In this document: one piece after another, positions 10,511 through 22,514 of the stretch
Position numbering within the stretch: position 1 is the stretch's first letter
Layout: each line of letters begins with the position of its first letter
Assembly: GCA_963555755.3 (NCBI GenBank)
Contig: OY820905.2
Coordinates: 3,200,001 to 3,264,000, forward strand
DNA length: 64,000 nucleotides
Direction: 5' to 3'
Source of the DNA: Nitrospirales bacterium
GTDB taxonomy: Bacteria; Nitrospirota; Nitrospiria; Nitrospirales; UBA8639
Made by a program: the position numbers and the translations under genes
The notes under the pieces: generated by a model
Seen by the model: the letters and a program-made list of their open reading frames with translations, nothing else
Database searches by the model: none
Told to the model about the DNA's origin: nothing

Positions 10511-11557
10511 ATGGAGACATTTTGGTTTGTGGCCGTTGCGCTGATGCTGGCGGTTTATATTGTGCTGGATGGATTCGATTTTGGCACAGGTATCATCTAT
10601 ATGTTCGTGGCAAAGACCGATGAGGAACGTCGTCTCACCCTGAATGCCATCGGGCCCGTGTGGAATGGAAACGAGGTGTGGTTGATTGCTGGTGGCGGTT
10701 TGTTGTTTTTTGCCTTTCCCAAAGCCTATGCATCAGGGTTTAGCGGCTTTTACTTGGCACTCATTCTCGTATTGTGGTTGTTGATGTTGCGTGGAATAGC
10801 GATTGAACTCCGATCTCATTTGGATCACCCTCTGTGGCGACCGTTGTGGGATGTCACATTTTCGGTTTCCAGCCTTCTGTTAGCGGTGGTTTTTGGCGCT
10901 GCGGTTGGCAATTTGGTTCGCGGGGTCCCCCTGAACATGGAGGGCTATTTCCATACCCCATTTTGGACGTCGTTTTTGCCAGGGTCTGAACCAGGTATTT
11001 TAGATCTGTATACCGTCTCAACGGGGATCTTAAGCGCCACCGTCCTGAGTATTCATGGAGCGTATTACCTGGCGATGAAAACCGAAGGGGATCTCCACCA
11101 ACGGGCGCATCGATTTGCGAAGGTAGGCGGGTGGGCGCTGATCCCTATCATCCTCCTGAATCTTCTTTCTCTTAAGAATGTCCAGCCGATCCTAAGTGCG
11201 AATTACTCTGCGTACCCAATAGGGTATACGATTCCTCTTGCGGCAGCTGTGGCGTTGGGACTCATGCTATATTTTTGCCAGAAAGGTCGGGATACTGCTG
11301 CATTCTTTGCTTCGTGCCTTTTTATTTTGGCTGGCATTGGGATCACCGCCTGGGGCTACTATCCTAATCTACTGATTTCGACGACAAACCAGAGTTATAA
11401 CCTGACAATTTATAATTCCGCTACGTCCGCCTATGGGTTACAGGTGGGACTCATTTGGTTCGGTATAGGCTTTCCCTTGGTGCTTGCCTACACTATGTTC
11501 ATGTACCGATCCTTCAGGGGAAAGGTGACGCCGGTCTCCCTCCACGAGTCTTATTAG
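10511..11557 (+). CDS. cydB: Cytochrome bd quinol oxidase subunit II
   Basis: LDGFDFG, IGPVWNGNEVWLI; follows cydA with AGGAGG RBS. Confidence 0.96.
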   Translation: METFWFVAVALMLAVYIVLDGFDFGTGIIYMFVAKTDEERRLTLNAIGPVWNGNEVWLIAGGGLLFFAFPKAYASGFSGFYLALILVLWLLMLRGIAIELRSHLDHPLWRPLWDVTFSVSSLLLAVVFGAAVGNLVRGVPLNMEGYFHTPFWTSFLPGSEPGILDLYTVSTGILSATVLSIHGAYYLAMKTEGDLHQRAHRFAKVGGWALIPIILLNLLSLKNVQPILSANYSAYPIGYTIPLAAAVALGLMLYFCQKGRDTAAFFASCLFILAGIGITAWGYYPNLLISTTNQSYNLTIYNSATSAYGLQVGLIWFGIGFPLVLAYTMFMYRSFRGKVTPVSLHESY

Positions 11558-11786
11558 AAAGAAAGGGAAAATGAGGTCAAGTCTGCGGCCTTGCTGGTTA
11601 GACCCTTCGGAAAGACTCAGGGCATGCTTTTTTGAACATTCCCTCTCACTGATGTTGGTCGTCTGTCCTGGCGAATTGTGTGCTCAGGGTGGAATTTTCG
11701 TTAAGTTAACAATGCCGACGGCAGCAAGTCCTTCGGGCCTTAACCCCTATCCTGAACAGATTTCTCATTTTTCCATGCAACCCTTG

Positions 11787-12803
11787 CTACGATTCTAGCC
11801 ATTGCGGGTTCGACTTCACTTGCCCTTCCAATTCCTTTAGATGAAGCAAGAGACTTCCCACCTGTTGATACACATGAGAGGGCAATGTCAGACCAGGGGG
11901 AGCAGGTTTCTGTGGTGGATCGATCTGTGGGCTTGTGGCAAAAAGGTAGGCCAACTCAGATACCACTAAAGAAGCTAAGTCATACACTTCGTTGGGTTGA
12001 ATTCTTGTTGTATCCGGATTTTTAAGAGCCAATTGCAATATTTTGAGTTTGGAATGTTGGGCAATTGTTGACAGTATCGTATGACAATCAATGAGGTGCA
12101 TATACACATCACCTGGACGCCGACCTCTCTCAAAAGGCGGCATAGGGAAATTGTCAATGGCCTGAGGAAATTGTTGGAGAAGGCGTTGTGTGTACAAAAG
12201 GGCCAAGCTCAATTGTCTAGAGACATCACGCGGAGAAAAATGCTGATTCACCATCACGTTCAGTTGCTGATTCGCCAGCCCAATCGAAAAAAAGACATGA
12301 GAAGGTGTGGCGGAAGAATTGGGGAGCCCCTCCGAATTCATGAGAGTGACCCCTAAACGTTTTTTCAGAAATCGAAGGCGTTCCAGTGCCGCAGTGACAA
12401 CCTGAAACACGTGAGCAGGTTGAATGTTGTGGGGGGTCGCAAGCTCTAAGGGAACACTTTCTTCTCCGGTGACCTCTACGACAACGCGATCCGCTTTCCG
12501 GTAAAGGGATCGAGCCTGAAAAAAGACTTCATGGGGGGCGGCATTTTGGACCACCATTTCAATATCTATAATTTTTGGTCTTCCCATCTCAAATCGGATG
12601 TCATCGAGTTCTTTTCGAAGCAATTCGACCCGAGTCAAGACATTTGCCGGGAGGATCTCTTGGCTCGAGTCAACCGTTGCACTCACAAGCCGGGAAAAAT
12701 CAGATTGGATTTCTCCAACGGCGGGAGAAGAAACAGGCACACACATCAACCACAAGACGATGAACACACCAAATTTTTTAGGGGGAAAGTGTTGCACGGG
12801 CAA
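11787..12803 (-). CDS. Exported hypothetical protein
   Basis: 338 aa with signal-like N-terminus and repeated P..V(F/Y) helical motifs. Confidence 0.65.
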   Translation of the reverse strand: MPVQHFPPKKFGVFIVLWLMCVPVSSPAVGEIQSDFSRLVSATVDSSQEILPANVLTRVELLRKELDDIRFEMGRPKIIDIEMVVQNAAPHEVFFQARSLYRKADRVVVEVTGEESVPLELATPHNIQPAHVFQVVTAALERLRFLKKRLGVTLMNSEGLPNSSATPSHVFFSIGLANQQLNVMVNQHFSPRDVSRQLSLALLYTQRLLQQFPQAIDNFPMPPFERGRRPGDVYMHLIDCHTILSTIAQHSKLKILQLALKNPDTTRIQPNEVYDLASLVVSELAYLFATSPQIDPPQKPAPPGLTLPSHVYQQVGSLLLHLKELEGQVKSNPQWLES

Positions 12804-13148
12804 TCTCCTTCATAAGATATAATGCCACTTCAATATGATCGCATTCATGTCCCTTGTTGGAGTGACTCAACCGGAACCGCTCGATTATCTGGCATACACA
12901 GAAGAGGATGCAACGATGGAACAGAGACCTGTGGTGTCCTCATCGCAGCCTGAAAATCCCCCCAGGCCCCCTTTTTCAAAGGGGGGGAATGAGGGGACAC
13001 TTTCAAAAAAAGCACCCGCATGATTTCGCGAAGAGCCATATTTCCTGTTTGACGCCCTGGTTTTCCTGTTGTACCCTCACCGACCGGGCAGGCCGACACC
13101 GAACACATTTCACCGATCATGAACCCATTTAATCGGGGAGGAGAAAAG

Positions 13149-13367
13149 ATGATGAACACACGCTGGGCTCTTTGTATGTGTATTTTGGTAGGAGGCCTTT
13201 TGATTGGATGCTCAAACCCGGTGAAGCGCTCGGCCGATGCCCAAGCGGTCATTGATGAACAAAAGGCCGAAATTATGAAAGACTATCGGGCCTGTCTGAA
13301 AAAATACCAAAAACCGGAACTACATGCGGTGTGCGAGCGATATGATGCCATCATCAGTTCATTTTAA
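13149..13367 (+). CDS. Small lipoprotein
   Basis: GGAG RBS, lipobox LIGC. Confidence 0.6.
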   Translation: MMNTRWALCMCILVGGLLIGCSNPVKRSADAQAVIDEQKAEIMKDYRACLKKYQKPELHAVCERYDAIISSF

Positions 13368-13428
13368 GCCACTGACAGAGGGCTTCCCTCAGACTCATAT
13401 CTTACACGTCCAACAGAGGAGGTGGGGT

Positions 13429-13986
13429 ATGTTTGGAAAACTCGCAATAGCAATCTTGAGTATAATCGCCGTATTAGGAGGATGCGCGGAATCTATACAA
13501 GTCAATTCGGATTTTGATCCCTCGATAAATTTTTCCGAATTCCATACCTACAACTGGCTCCCTACCCCTCAAAAGACAACCGAAGGTCCAAGCAATTCAT
13601 TATTGGACTCTCGCTTTCGGGAAGCCGTCGAAAATCAATTGGCGCTCAGAGGATACGACAAGCAAACAACTGGATCACCCGACTTTTTAGTTAACTACCA
13701 TGTCGTCGTGAAGGGTGTTCTCGATGTGAGGACGATTCATGATACCTACGGCTATGGACGACGGTATCGGGGTGGCTGGGGGGGAGGCATGGGAACAAGT
13801 ACAACCTATGTGAGAGAGGCGCAGCAGGGGACAGTGTTTCTGGATTTTTTGAACCCACAGACCCAAGATCTCCTTTGGCGTGGGACGGCACAAAGCTACA
13901 TTGATCAATCACTCAAACCCGAAGAAAAAACAAAAAGAATCCATAAAGCTGTGGGTCTCATGCTCGCTCAATTCCCACCCAAGTAG
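13429..13986 (+). CDS. DUF4136-family lipoprotein
   Basis: GAGGAGG RBS; lipobox LGGC; DFDP..F..Y.W, GTVFLD, LLWRG, FPPK motifs. Confidence 0.85.
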   Translation: MFGKLAIAILSIIAVLGGCAESIQVNSDFDPSINFSEFHTYNWLPTPQKTTEGPSNSLLDSRFREAVENQLALRGYDKQTTGSPDFLVNYHVVVKGVLDVRTIHDTYGYGRRYRGGWGGGMGTSTTYVREAQQGTVFLDFLNPQTQDLLWRGTAQSYIDQSLKPEEKTKRIHKAVGLMLAQFPPK

Positions 13987-14149
13987 GAATTCAATTGATC
14001 GAAAGACCTCGGTTGGAGCTGTCCATCATGCCCCCCGGTAGGTAGTGCGCATTCACTCCGTCGTCATTCCCGCGGACCCTGGCGCAAAGAATTCGAACCG
14101 CAAGCGAGACTGCATTTGAAGCTATTCTGTTAGAGACAACCATTCCGCC

Positions 14150-14942
14150 GGTATTGTCAACTTAACGACAGAAGGACGAATTGAACCCGGTAAGGCAAGC
14201 ATCTCATGCGCACACGACGTCCTGCCATACCTGCAACGATCGGGTCCCCAAAATCCGATAGTTCACTGCCTGCATGAGGTGGCGGCCGAGACGAAAGAGA
14301 TTTTGAGTGAGTCCATGGAGTGTCAGAAATGCTTGGGCCTGAGTCGATGAAGAAAAGCCTCGCATATGATACTCACGTTGCCGGGTCGGTTGATGCGCGA
14401 CTTCGGTGCGATTGTTGGCATAGACCGCATTGATGTGCTCGACTGTTGGCATCACTGTCCGATGCGCTGCATCATAGCTTTTGAGTTTATCCGTCATCAG
14501 CCAGCGCGGCTCACGGCCTTGGCCTTTCAGCAAGCGGCGAAAAAAGCGTTCGGCTGCTTTTTTGTTGCGTCGCCGTTGCACAAGAATATCAATGGTATCG
14601 CCGTCTTGATCCACGGCCCGCCACAGATACTGGCGTTCTCCTTGAATGGTGACAAAGACTTCGTCGAGGTACCAGGCGTCACCGAGGCGGCCTTGGCGTT
14701 TCTTGAGTTTCCGCGCATAGGCCGGTCCAAACTTCTTACACCATTGTCGGACGGTTTCATAGGTGACGGTGATGCCTCGTTCGGCGAGGAGTTCTTCCAC
14801 CTCACGGAAGCTGAGGCAGAAGCGATGATACAACCAGACGGCGTGACTGATAATTTCAGAGGGGAAGCGGTGACGTTGATAGCTGGGTGTTTTGGTATTC
14901 ATGAGGCCCAGTCTGCCAAACCTGAGTTAAATTGACAATACC
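14150..14942 (-). mobile_element. IS6-family insertion sequence
   Basis: TIRs GGTATTGTCAA(C/T)TTAAC at 14150 and ending 14942; no TSD; extra IR copies ending 14979, starting 15097, and degenerate near 11700. Confidence 0.9.
14204..14902 (-). CDS. IS6-family transposase
   Basis: RHRFP..II..AVWLY, WYLDE, YLWRAVD, TDKL..Y and NNR.E motifs. Confidence 0.95.
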   Translation of the reverse strand: MNTKTPSYQRHRFPSEIISHAVWLYHRFCLSFREVEELLAERGITVTYETVRQWCKKFGPAYARKLKKRQGRLGDAWYLDEVFVTIQGERQYLWRAVDQDGDTIDILVQRRRNKKAAERFFRRLLKGQGREPRWLMTDKLKSYDAAHRTVMPTVEHINAVYANNRTEVAHQPTRQREYHMRGFSSSTQAQAFLTLHGLTQNLFRLGRHLMQAVNYRILGTRSLQVWQDVVCA

Positions 14943-14979
14943 AGAAAATCAGCTCAATTTGGCTTAAGTTGACAATACC

Positions 14980-15210
14980 ATTGGAAGGGCATGTGAAGTC
15001 GAATCCGCAATGGCTACAATCGTAGCAAGGGTTGGGTTGAGAAACTGAGAAAGCTGGTCAGGATAGGGGTTAAGGCCCGAAGGGCTTCCTGCCATCGGTA
15101 TTGTCAACTTAACGAAAATTCCACCCTAAGCACACAATTCGCCAGGACAGACGACCAACATCAGTGGGAGGGAATGTTCAAAAAAGTCCGTCCAGCAAGG
15201 CCGCAGCCCT
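14980..15210 (+). repeat. Decayed inverted duplicate of ~11590-11832
   Basis: Reverse complement of the 3' end of gene 11787-12803 and its downstream region. Confidence 0.85.
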
Positions 15211-15617
15211 TTTGACGCGCGGAGCGTACTCTCAGTACGTGAGCACGGCAAAATGGCGAGAACGCCGCTGGCGGCTTTTTTCAACATTCCCAAAAAGCCT
15301 AATGAATGGCCTGATCTATCCTCCCAGGACCTGAAAAAGATCGTATTGGCACCCGATCTGAAAAGCCGTCAACTTAATTTCACCAATTCCAGTAGGGCCT
15401 GGAATGCTTACTGGTAAAAGTCTAGAATTCTCCACAGTTAACAGTTTTTTGGGGGTCTGCGATCGGTAAAAAATGCGTCATGATGGATTCTGAATGGAAA
15501 AATAGAGGACTAGACGAGACTCTTGAAACGATCCCCTTCGACGGTTCTTGAAATCAATGTGTTCTCATTTTTAGGAGTAGTATTCCCAACAGGAAAAAAG
15601 GAGGATTTTTCTATGTA

Positions 15618-17465
15618 GTGTCTGAGAGAAAACGCCGTTTTTTTCGGGCATGGTCCGAGATATTTTTTCAATACCTCTCTCAGGCATCCTCTCTCGTGCT
15701 TACAAACGTCTTTTTTCGTGCTCCCTTCGTGCCAGGTCCTGGGTGAGAGCCCTTCCCTGAACGTTGCCGTCGATTTGTGAGAGAGGTCTCCCTCGGTGGG
15801 AAGATTCTTTCCGGCAACTGGCGGCGCTAAGCGGCTTGCTGGAGTCGTGGCTGGCGGCGGCGGTCGTGTGCCAACAGCCGGTGACCGATCTTGTGGAGGT
15901 TGTACGCCAAGATCCCAAACCCGACGTAGCGCTGAAACCCCACCCACCCTTTGTCGGGGCAGCGATTCAACCCATGGTGTTCCAAGGCATTGATGTCCGA
16001 TTCGATCCCACTGTGCTGCTGTCGTAAGCGGCGAAAGGTCTTCTGCGTTTCCCGGGCCTGATCGGCTTGGGAGTGCCGTCCCTTTTTCGGCATGATGACC
16101 TCGGGGATAAACAGCTCTAAGAGTTCCCGATCCGCTTGGGCGCTGAACCCCTTATCCACACTCCAACTCTGGAGGCACCCTTCGCCAAACCGAGCCAGCC
16201 GCCGATCGGCTAAGGGCAGAGTTTCCTTGACGTCACGGCTTTGGTCCATGACCGTATAATCCAGAACCAAGCTATATTGATCCGTAGTGATGAGCAATTT
16301 ATGGCCAAGTTCCACCGCTGGGGAGACTTTCCCCTTGTTGATCCATTCGGTATGCGGTTCAAACAGTGAAAAGAGTTTGTCGGCATGGGGAATCGTTTCC
16401 CCCTGCAGCACCCGCCGGTCGATGAGATCCAGGTGCTTGATGAGCATCTCGTGATAATACTCCCCCTCGGCCAGGATCCCTTGCTCCAGCAGGGAGAAGG
16501 CCTGGGGCCGAAGAGCCAGCAGACTGGCAAAAACTTTCTGCTCCAGCGCGTAGGCTTTCTGCAGATAGGCCGTGACCGCTGCGTCGAGCCGCTCGCGCTT
16601 CTTGGCTCCGCCGCCATGGTGAATCGTCCCACAGACCCGGAGTAACGTCTTGAGCTGCTTCCGCCACGTGTAGGCCTTGCGCCACCCCGAGTGCTCCAGG
16701 TGCTGAGCCAGACGCGGGAGCAAGACCAGACATTTCCGACAGGCATCCCACAGCAGATTCAAATCCGTGGGGAAATGGACGTTGGTCTCAAGCACGTAGG
16801 TATCACTTTTGGCGTGAATGGGCTCGTCGTCTTTTTTTTTAAACAGCGGCCGCCCGGCCTGGACCACACTAGCATTGATGGCCGCCAATAAGGCCTCGTC
16901 GACGTGGCAGACAGTCTCACTCAACGTCTTTTGATGAAACCCTTTCCCAAACTCTCCACGGAAGTGGGACTCCAAACCCATGATGCGCCGGAGTCATGTG
17001 TCATAGTGAACCAGGTATTCCACCCGGTCATAGTCACAATCCAAGGCGAGGCGGACGACGCCCAGTACCAGAACATGCCAGAGGTCCATCCCCGGCCGTC
17101 CTGTCGCCGGCTTCTTCGTCCCCTGGATCTTCTGTTCCAGCACGGCAAAGATTTGCTCATTGACGTCGGGGGTCTGAAAAATCCACTGGAGCCCCCGCAA
17201 CACCGGCGGCAATTCATCTCGACTCTTCGGGGGAATGGGCACTTCCTCAATTGGGGTCTGCCCTAAGTCCAACTGCCGTTCAAATCGTTGCCGCATCGTC
17301 TCGATCCTCCCTCAACCAACACTGTGCACTCGGTGAATGTTGAGGCAGTTTACACGAAAAACAGGCTGTTTTCAGGGATTTCTCTCACATACCGTGAAAG
17401 ATTCACAACCCAAAAACCGAGAAAACCCGCGTCACGCTTAGGCAATCCTGTTTTCTCTCAGACAC
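15618..17465 (-). mobile_element. ISNCY/IS5-like insertion sequence (~1.85 kb)
   Basis: Perfect 16-bp TIRs GTGTCTGAGAGAAAAC / GTTTTCTCTCAGACAC, TA on both sides. Confidence 0.88.
15827..17296 (-). pseudogene. DDE transposase with in-frame premature stop (TGA 16994-16996)
   Basis: ORFs 16994-17296 and 15827-16981 are in the same frame; DTYVLETNVHFPTD, DKGF and IESDINALEHHGL motifs. Confidence 0.85.
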
Positions 17466-17502
17466 TAGGTATTATTTCAGGTTCAACCAAACGCGCCTTC
17501 CA

Positions 17503-19284
17503 TTGGTCGGTTTGCTCTGCGTTATCCATTCTATGGTCGGTGTGTTTGTCCCCTTCCAGAATGATGCTGCTCAGGCTCAACCAACCCTTAAACAAATGAT
17601 GGAAAGCGAGGCCCTCCAAAAAACCGACGTAGTAGAAAAAGAAATGGAAAAGGGAATCCCTAGGGATGAATACAATCGAGGGACACCCCAATCTACGGTG
17701 AAAGCTTTCTTTCAAGCCGTCGAGACCAGAAACTTTGAACGAGCGGCTCAGCACCTGGACCTCAGAAATTTATCAGACTCGGTTGCCACCCTTCCCGAGG
17801 AAGAGCTCGCCCGACAATTAAAAGTGATTCTTTCCCGAACTTTTTGGGTGGATATCGAAGCCCTCAGCAATGCTCCAGAGGGTCATTTGGAAGACGGACT
17901 CCCTTCTTACCGTGACCTCGTGGGAAAGATCAAGACACAGGAACGAACCTATGATGTTCTGCTTCAGAAAGTACCACGGGGAGACGGTGAATTTATTTGG
18001 AAATTTTCCAACAAAACCGTTGAGCAAATTCCCCAACTCTATTTGTTGTTTGGCCATGGGATGCTGGATGAAATTTTCCCCCACTGGGTCTTTGATGTAA
18101 AAATTCTCAAGATCTATGTGTGGGAATGGGTGGCAATGGCGCTTATTGTCGGAGCATCCTATCTCCTTTTACTTGCCGTGCTGAATCCCATAGCCATGCT
18201 GTTGCGAAAAAGGGACACGGCCTTAACGACAGAGTTGGTTAAATATTTCCATGGGCCGTTGCATCTTCTCGGGTGGCTTCTGCTGAGTCGCTATTTGTTC
18301 CTCGAATTAAATCCATCCGTGGTGGCTGAATCAGCTGTCCAAGCCGGGACTTTAGTGCTCATCGTTTTTATTTGGACTGTTATGAGAATCATTGAATTTT
18401 CGACCGGGCGCATTCTGAAGGGAGTGAAATATACCAGCATTGGTGTAAAAGTATTCATCAATCCCATTGGTAATGCTCTCAAAACCATTCTTATTGTTGC
18501 CGCGCTTATTTTTTGGCTCGACAATCTGGGATTCGAGGTCACGACCCTTTTGACGGGACTGGGTATTGGGGGTATTGCCCTTGCCCTGGCCGCCCAAAAA
18601 ACCCTGGAAAACTTCATTGGTGCGATTACCCTCTTTACCTCCCAGCCCGTGAAAGTGGGCGATTTTTGTCGATTTGACGACCGTTATGGCACTGTGGAGG
18701 AAATCGGACTTCGGTCTACGACTTTGCGAACAAATGATTCCACCCTCATCGTCATTCCGAACGGGGAATTTTCCAGCAAGCCCATTGAAAATTATTCCAG
18801 CCGGGAACACATGTGGTACCACCCCAAGATCCATCTGCGGTATGAAACCACACCCGACCAGTTGCGTTTTATATTAGTTGAAATTCGGAAAATGTTTTAT
18901 TCTCATCCGAAGGTTTCTCCCAAACCAGCCCGAATCCGGTTCTCCGAATTCGGTGATTATTCCCTTAACCTCGACGTCTTTGCCTTCGTGGATGCGAGGA
19001 ATCAAGATGAATATTCCAGAATTGAAGAAGATTTACATTTCCGTATTATGGATATTGTTACGGAAGCGGGTTCCCAATTTGCCTTCCCTTCCCAAACCTT
19101 ATATCTCCAGCGCCAACAAGGATTCGATCAAAAACGGGGTCAGGAAGTCGAGGAACGGGTCAGAGGTTGGCGAGCGGAAAAATCTTTATTTATGCCTGAA
19201 TTCCCTCAAAAAAAAATAGAAAAACTTAAAGGGTCCCTAACCTATCCCCCCCTGGGATCCCCTGATTCGCCTGCGTATCCTTAG
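17503..19284 (+). CDS. MscS-family mechanosensitive channel with periplasmic N-terminal domain
   Basis: GLGIGGIALALAAQKTLEN, GTVEEIGLRST, IPN motifs; start uncertain because an IS abuts the 5' end. Confidence 0.92.
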   Translation: MVGLLCVIHSMVGVFVPFQNDAAQAQPTLKQMMESEALQKTDVVEKEMEKGIPRDEYNRGTPQSTVKAFFQAVETRNFERAAQHLDLRNLSDSVATLPEEELARQLKVILSRTFWVDIEALSNAPEGHLEDGLPSYRDLVGKIKTQERTYDVLLQKVPRGDGEFIWKFSNKTVEQIPQLYLLFGHGMLDEIFPHWVFDVKILKIYVWEWVAMALIVGASYLLLLAVLNPIAMLLRKRDTALTTELVKYFHGPLHLLGWLLLSRYLFLELNPSVVAESAVQAGTLVLIVFIWTVMRIIEFSTGRILKGVKYTSIGVKVFINPIGNALKTILIVAALIFWLDNLGFEVTTLLTGLGIGGIALALAAQKTLENFIGAITLFTSQPVKVGDFCRFDDRYGTVEEIGLRSTTLRTNDSTLIVIPNGEFSSKPIENYSSREHMWYHPKIHLRYETTPDQLRFILVEIRKMFYSHPKVSPKPARIRFSEFGDYSLNLDVFAFVDARNQDEYSRIEEDLHFRIMDIVTEAGSQFAFPSQTLYLQRQQGFDQKRGQEVEERVRGWRAEKSLFMPEFPQKKIEKLKGSLTYPPLGSPDSPAYP

Positions 19285-19580
19285 AATTTTAACCTGATGG
19301 GAAAGGGGATCAACCGCAATTTTGGTGGAGGGCAGAAAAGGCTGAGTGGTCATCACGAAATGGATGGAGGCCTCTGGTTACCCCCCCCTTTCGCAAAGGG
19401 GGGCATGGGGGGATTTTCCAAAGGGGGAGGTAAAGCCGCAGCCTTAATAATCAGTGTGGAGTTTATCGAGTAAAACGATTCCAGCAAGAGTTGATTGCGG
19501 TGAATCACAGTACCGGGAAATTGGCTTTGCTGATCCTCGTCGTATTAGATGACTTTTTGCGAAAAAAAGGCAAAAACGCC

Positions 19581-19925
19581 TCATACAGAAACGAGAGGGT
19601 CCTTGTGTGCTTTTCGACGTGAACGGTTGGGTATTTTTTCAAACTTCGGCTTCATCCGGAGACTCAGCTTCTCCAGCATCCTTACCATTTTATCGAGTGT
19701 GATCCCTTTGAAGTCCGCATTCCGAATACGAGAAAAGTCTCCGGCATCAAAACCAGTTTCCTTTTGAGCCTGTCTGACCGACCAACCGTTATCATCGAGC
19801 ACGCCGATGATTTCCGCCGCCAACTGGCATTTGAGATGACGCAACTCTCCATCGCCATGGCCAAAGTCATGAAAAATATTGCCACTGCCTCGTATGACTT
19901 CTAGCTTTTCTTCTTTCTGTTTCAT
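19581..19925 (-). CDS. HigA-like XRE helix-turn-helix antitoxin
   Basis: GSGNIF.D.G motif and HTH; ATGA overlap with the toxin stop. Confidence 0.85.
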   Translation of the reverse strand: MKQKEEKLEVIRGSGNIFHDFGHGDGELRHLKCQLAAEIIGVLDDNGWSVRQAQKETGFDAGDFSRIRNADFKGITLDKMVRMLEKLSLRMKPKFEKIPNRSRRKAHKDPLVSV

Positions 19926-20260
19926 TTCAACATCTCCGTTAATCGTTTCAGGCGTTCCTTCACGAGATCGATGTCCTGCTTTGGTGTTTTGATGCCGGTT
20001 TTCGATTTCTTTTGAAAGGCATGAAGCACCCAAATATCCTCATCGAGTTGCACAGCATAAATCGCCCGGTATGCGTTTGTTTGGTAAGGTAGGGCAATTT
20101 CAAAGATGCCTGACCCGAACCCTTTCAACGGTTTCGCAATATCCGCTTTCCTCCCGAATGCGGCAATGTCCAGAGCATTCTTCATTTGATCCTGAACAGT
20201 AATCGGGAACTTCTTAAAGTCCTTTTCAGCCACTCGAATCCATGAAATGCGTCTCGTCAT
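19922..20260 (-). CDS. RelE/HigB-like (Gp49-type) toxin
   Basis: KPLKGFGSGIFEI..AYR..Y..VLHAFQKKSKTGIKTP. Confidence 0.9.
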   Translation of the reverse strand: MTRRISWIRVAEKDFKKFPITVQDQMKNALDIAAFGRKADIAKPLKGFGSGIFEIALPYQTNAYRAIYAVQLDEDIWVLHAFQKKSKTGIKTPKQDIDLVKERLKRLTEMLK

Positions 20261-20272
20261 AAACTTCCTTAT

Positions 20273-20301
20273 ATGTTGGTGGATTTACCAACATTTGTCA
20301 A
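20273..20301 (-). promoter_or_regulatory. TA promoter/operator
   Basis: TTGACA on the minus strand followed by inverted repeat ATGTTGGT-N6-ACCAACAT just upstream of the toxin. Confidence 0.6.
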
Positions 20302-20659
20302 CTAAATAATTTTCTTACCTTTGCAGGTGATGGAGAGATATAAGAGATCCGGAGTCTTAGAGATCTGTATTTTTAATGGGAGAGGTGAGGTGTTGTCCAA
20401 GCTTCAACTAAGGATGGGATTTACTCACAGCGGTTGCCCCGTTTACCCTTATTGGGGTTTCTGACAATCATTTTTTCCCAAACCTCGTCGCTAGAGGATA
20501 AGCACGGGGGTCGAGGTAACTACCTAAGATTAAGGGGGCTTGGGACATTAGCATTGGTAAAACATATAGCTGATCGGTCTTGGATCTCCATCCTTCGTAA
20601 GGAGGGGCGAGGGGCAGGTAGCATCTCCACAGCACTCAATTGCTGATACCTTCATGGCT

Positions 20660-20972
20660 GCACGATAGCCCCAGGACTCTACCTCACCTCGCCTCTCCTT
20701 ACAAAGGAGAGGAATTAGAAGTAGATTCATTTCGAAAAAGGATCCGGAGACTGGAGGTTACCCACGGAAAACACGGAAGCACCGTTTATTTAAGTACCTG
20801 CGGGGGTAACCATCCTTCTTTGCCATAGCGTTTTGCGGCTTTGTTGGCGAGCTCCTTGGCCATTTTTCTTTACGTTGGCTTCGAGGCTGGCAGAAAAGGG
20901 AAGCGAATCGGAAGTTTTCGAGGCAATCCCTAATCCACCGCTTACACCGGCAGATACGGCAATGTTTCCGCC
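20660..20972 (-). pseudogene. Decayed inverted copy of the DUF4410 gene 3' end and downstream intergenic region
   Basis: Reverse complement of ~1550-1733 joined directly to 2011-2138. Confidence 0.85.
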
Positions 20973-21274
20973 ATTCTCGTTGCAAATGTGTTATTTGTCA
21001 CTTAGTTGATAGACAAGTTCTAAACCTGTCTCTCATAATCCAATACCGAAATAATCTGGCTCTAAGGTTTCGAACATCAATATGTTTTAAGGGAATGTTG
21101 AAAAAACCGCTAGCCTTCGCCAAGTCGCCGACGCGCCATAGCTGCTTTGGCGACGGCGCGGCTACGGCAGACAAGCCAGCGGCGTTCTCGCCCTTTTGCC
21201 GTGCTCACGTACCAAGAGTACGCTCCGCGCGTCAAAATGGCTGCGGCCTTGCTGGATAGACCCTTCGGAAAGAC

Positions 21275-22492
<1,218 letters not shown>

Positions 22493-22514
22493 GGCATGCT
22501 TTTTCAACAGGCCC

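Noticed and set aside
14366..14935. Long antisense ORFs (also 37176-37895, 33728-34105 and those opposite polA)
   Set aside because: Shadows of well-supported genes on the opposite strand.
16994..16996. Selenocysteine recoding of the transposase TGA
   Set aside because: Not a Cys-equivalent position and no evident SECIS; more likely a nonsense mutation.
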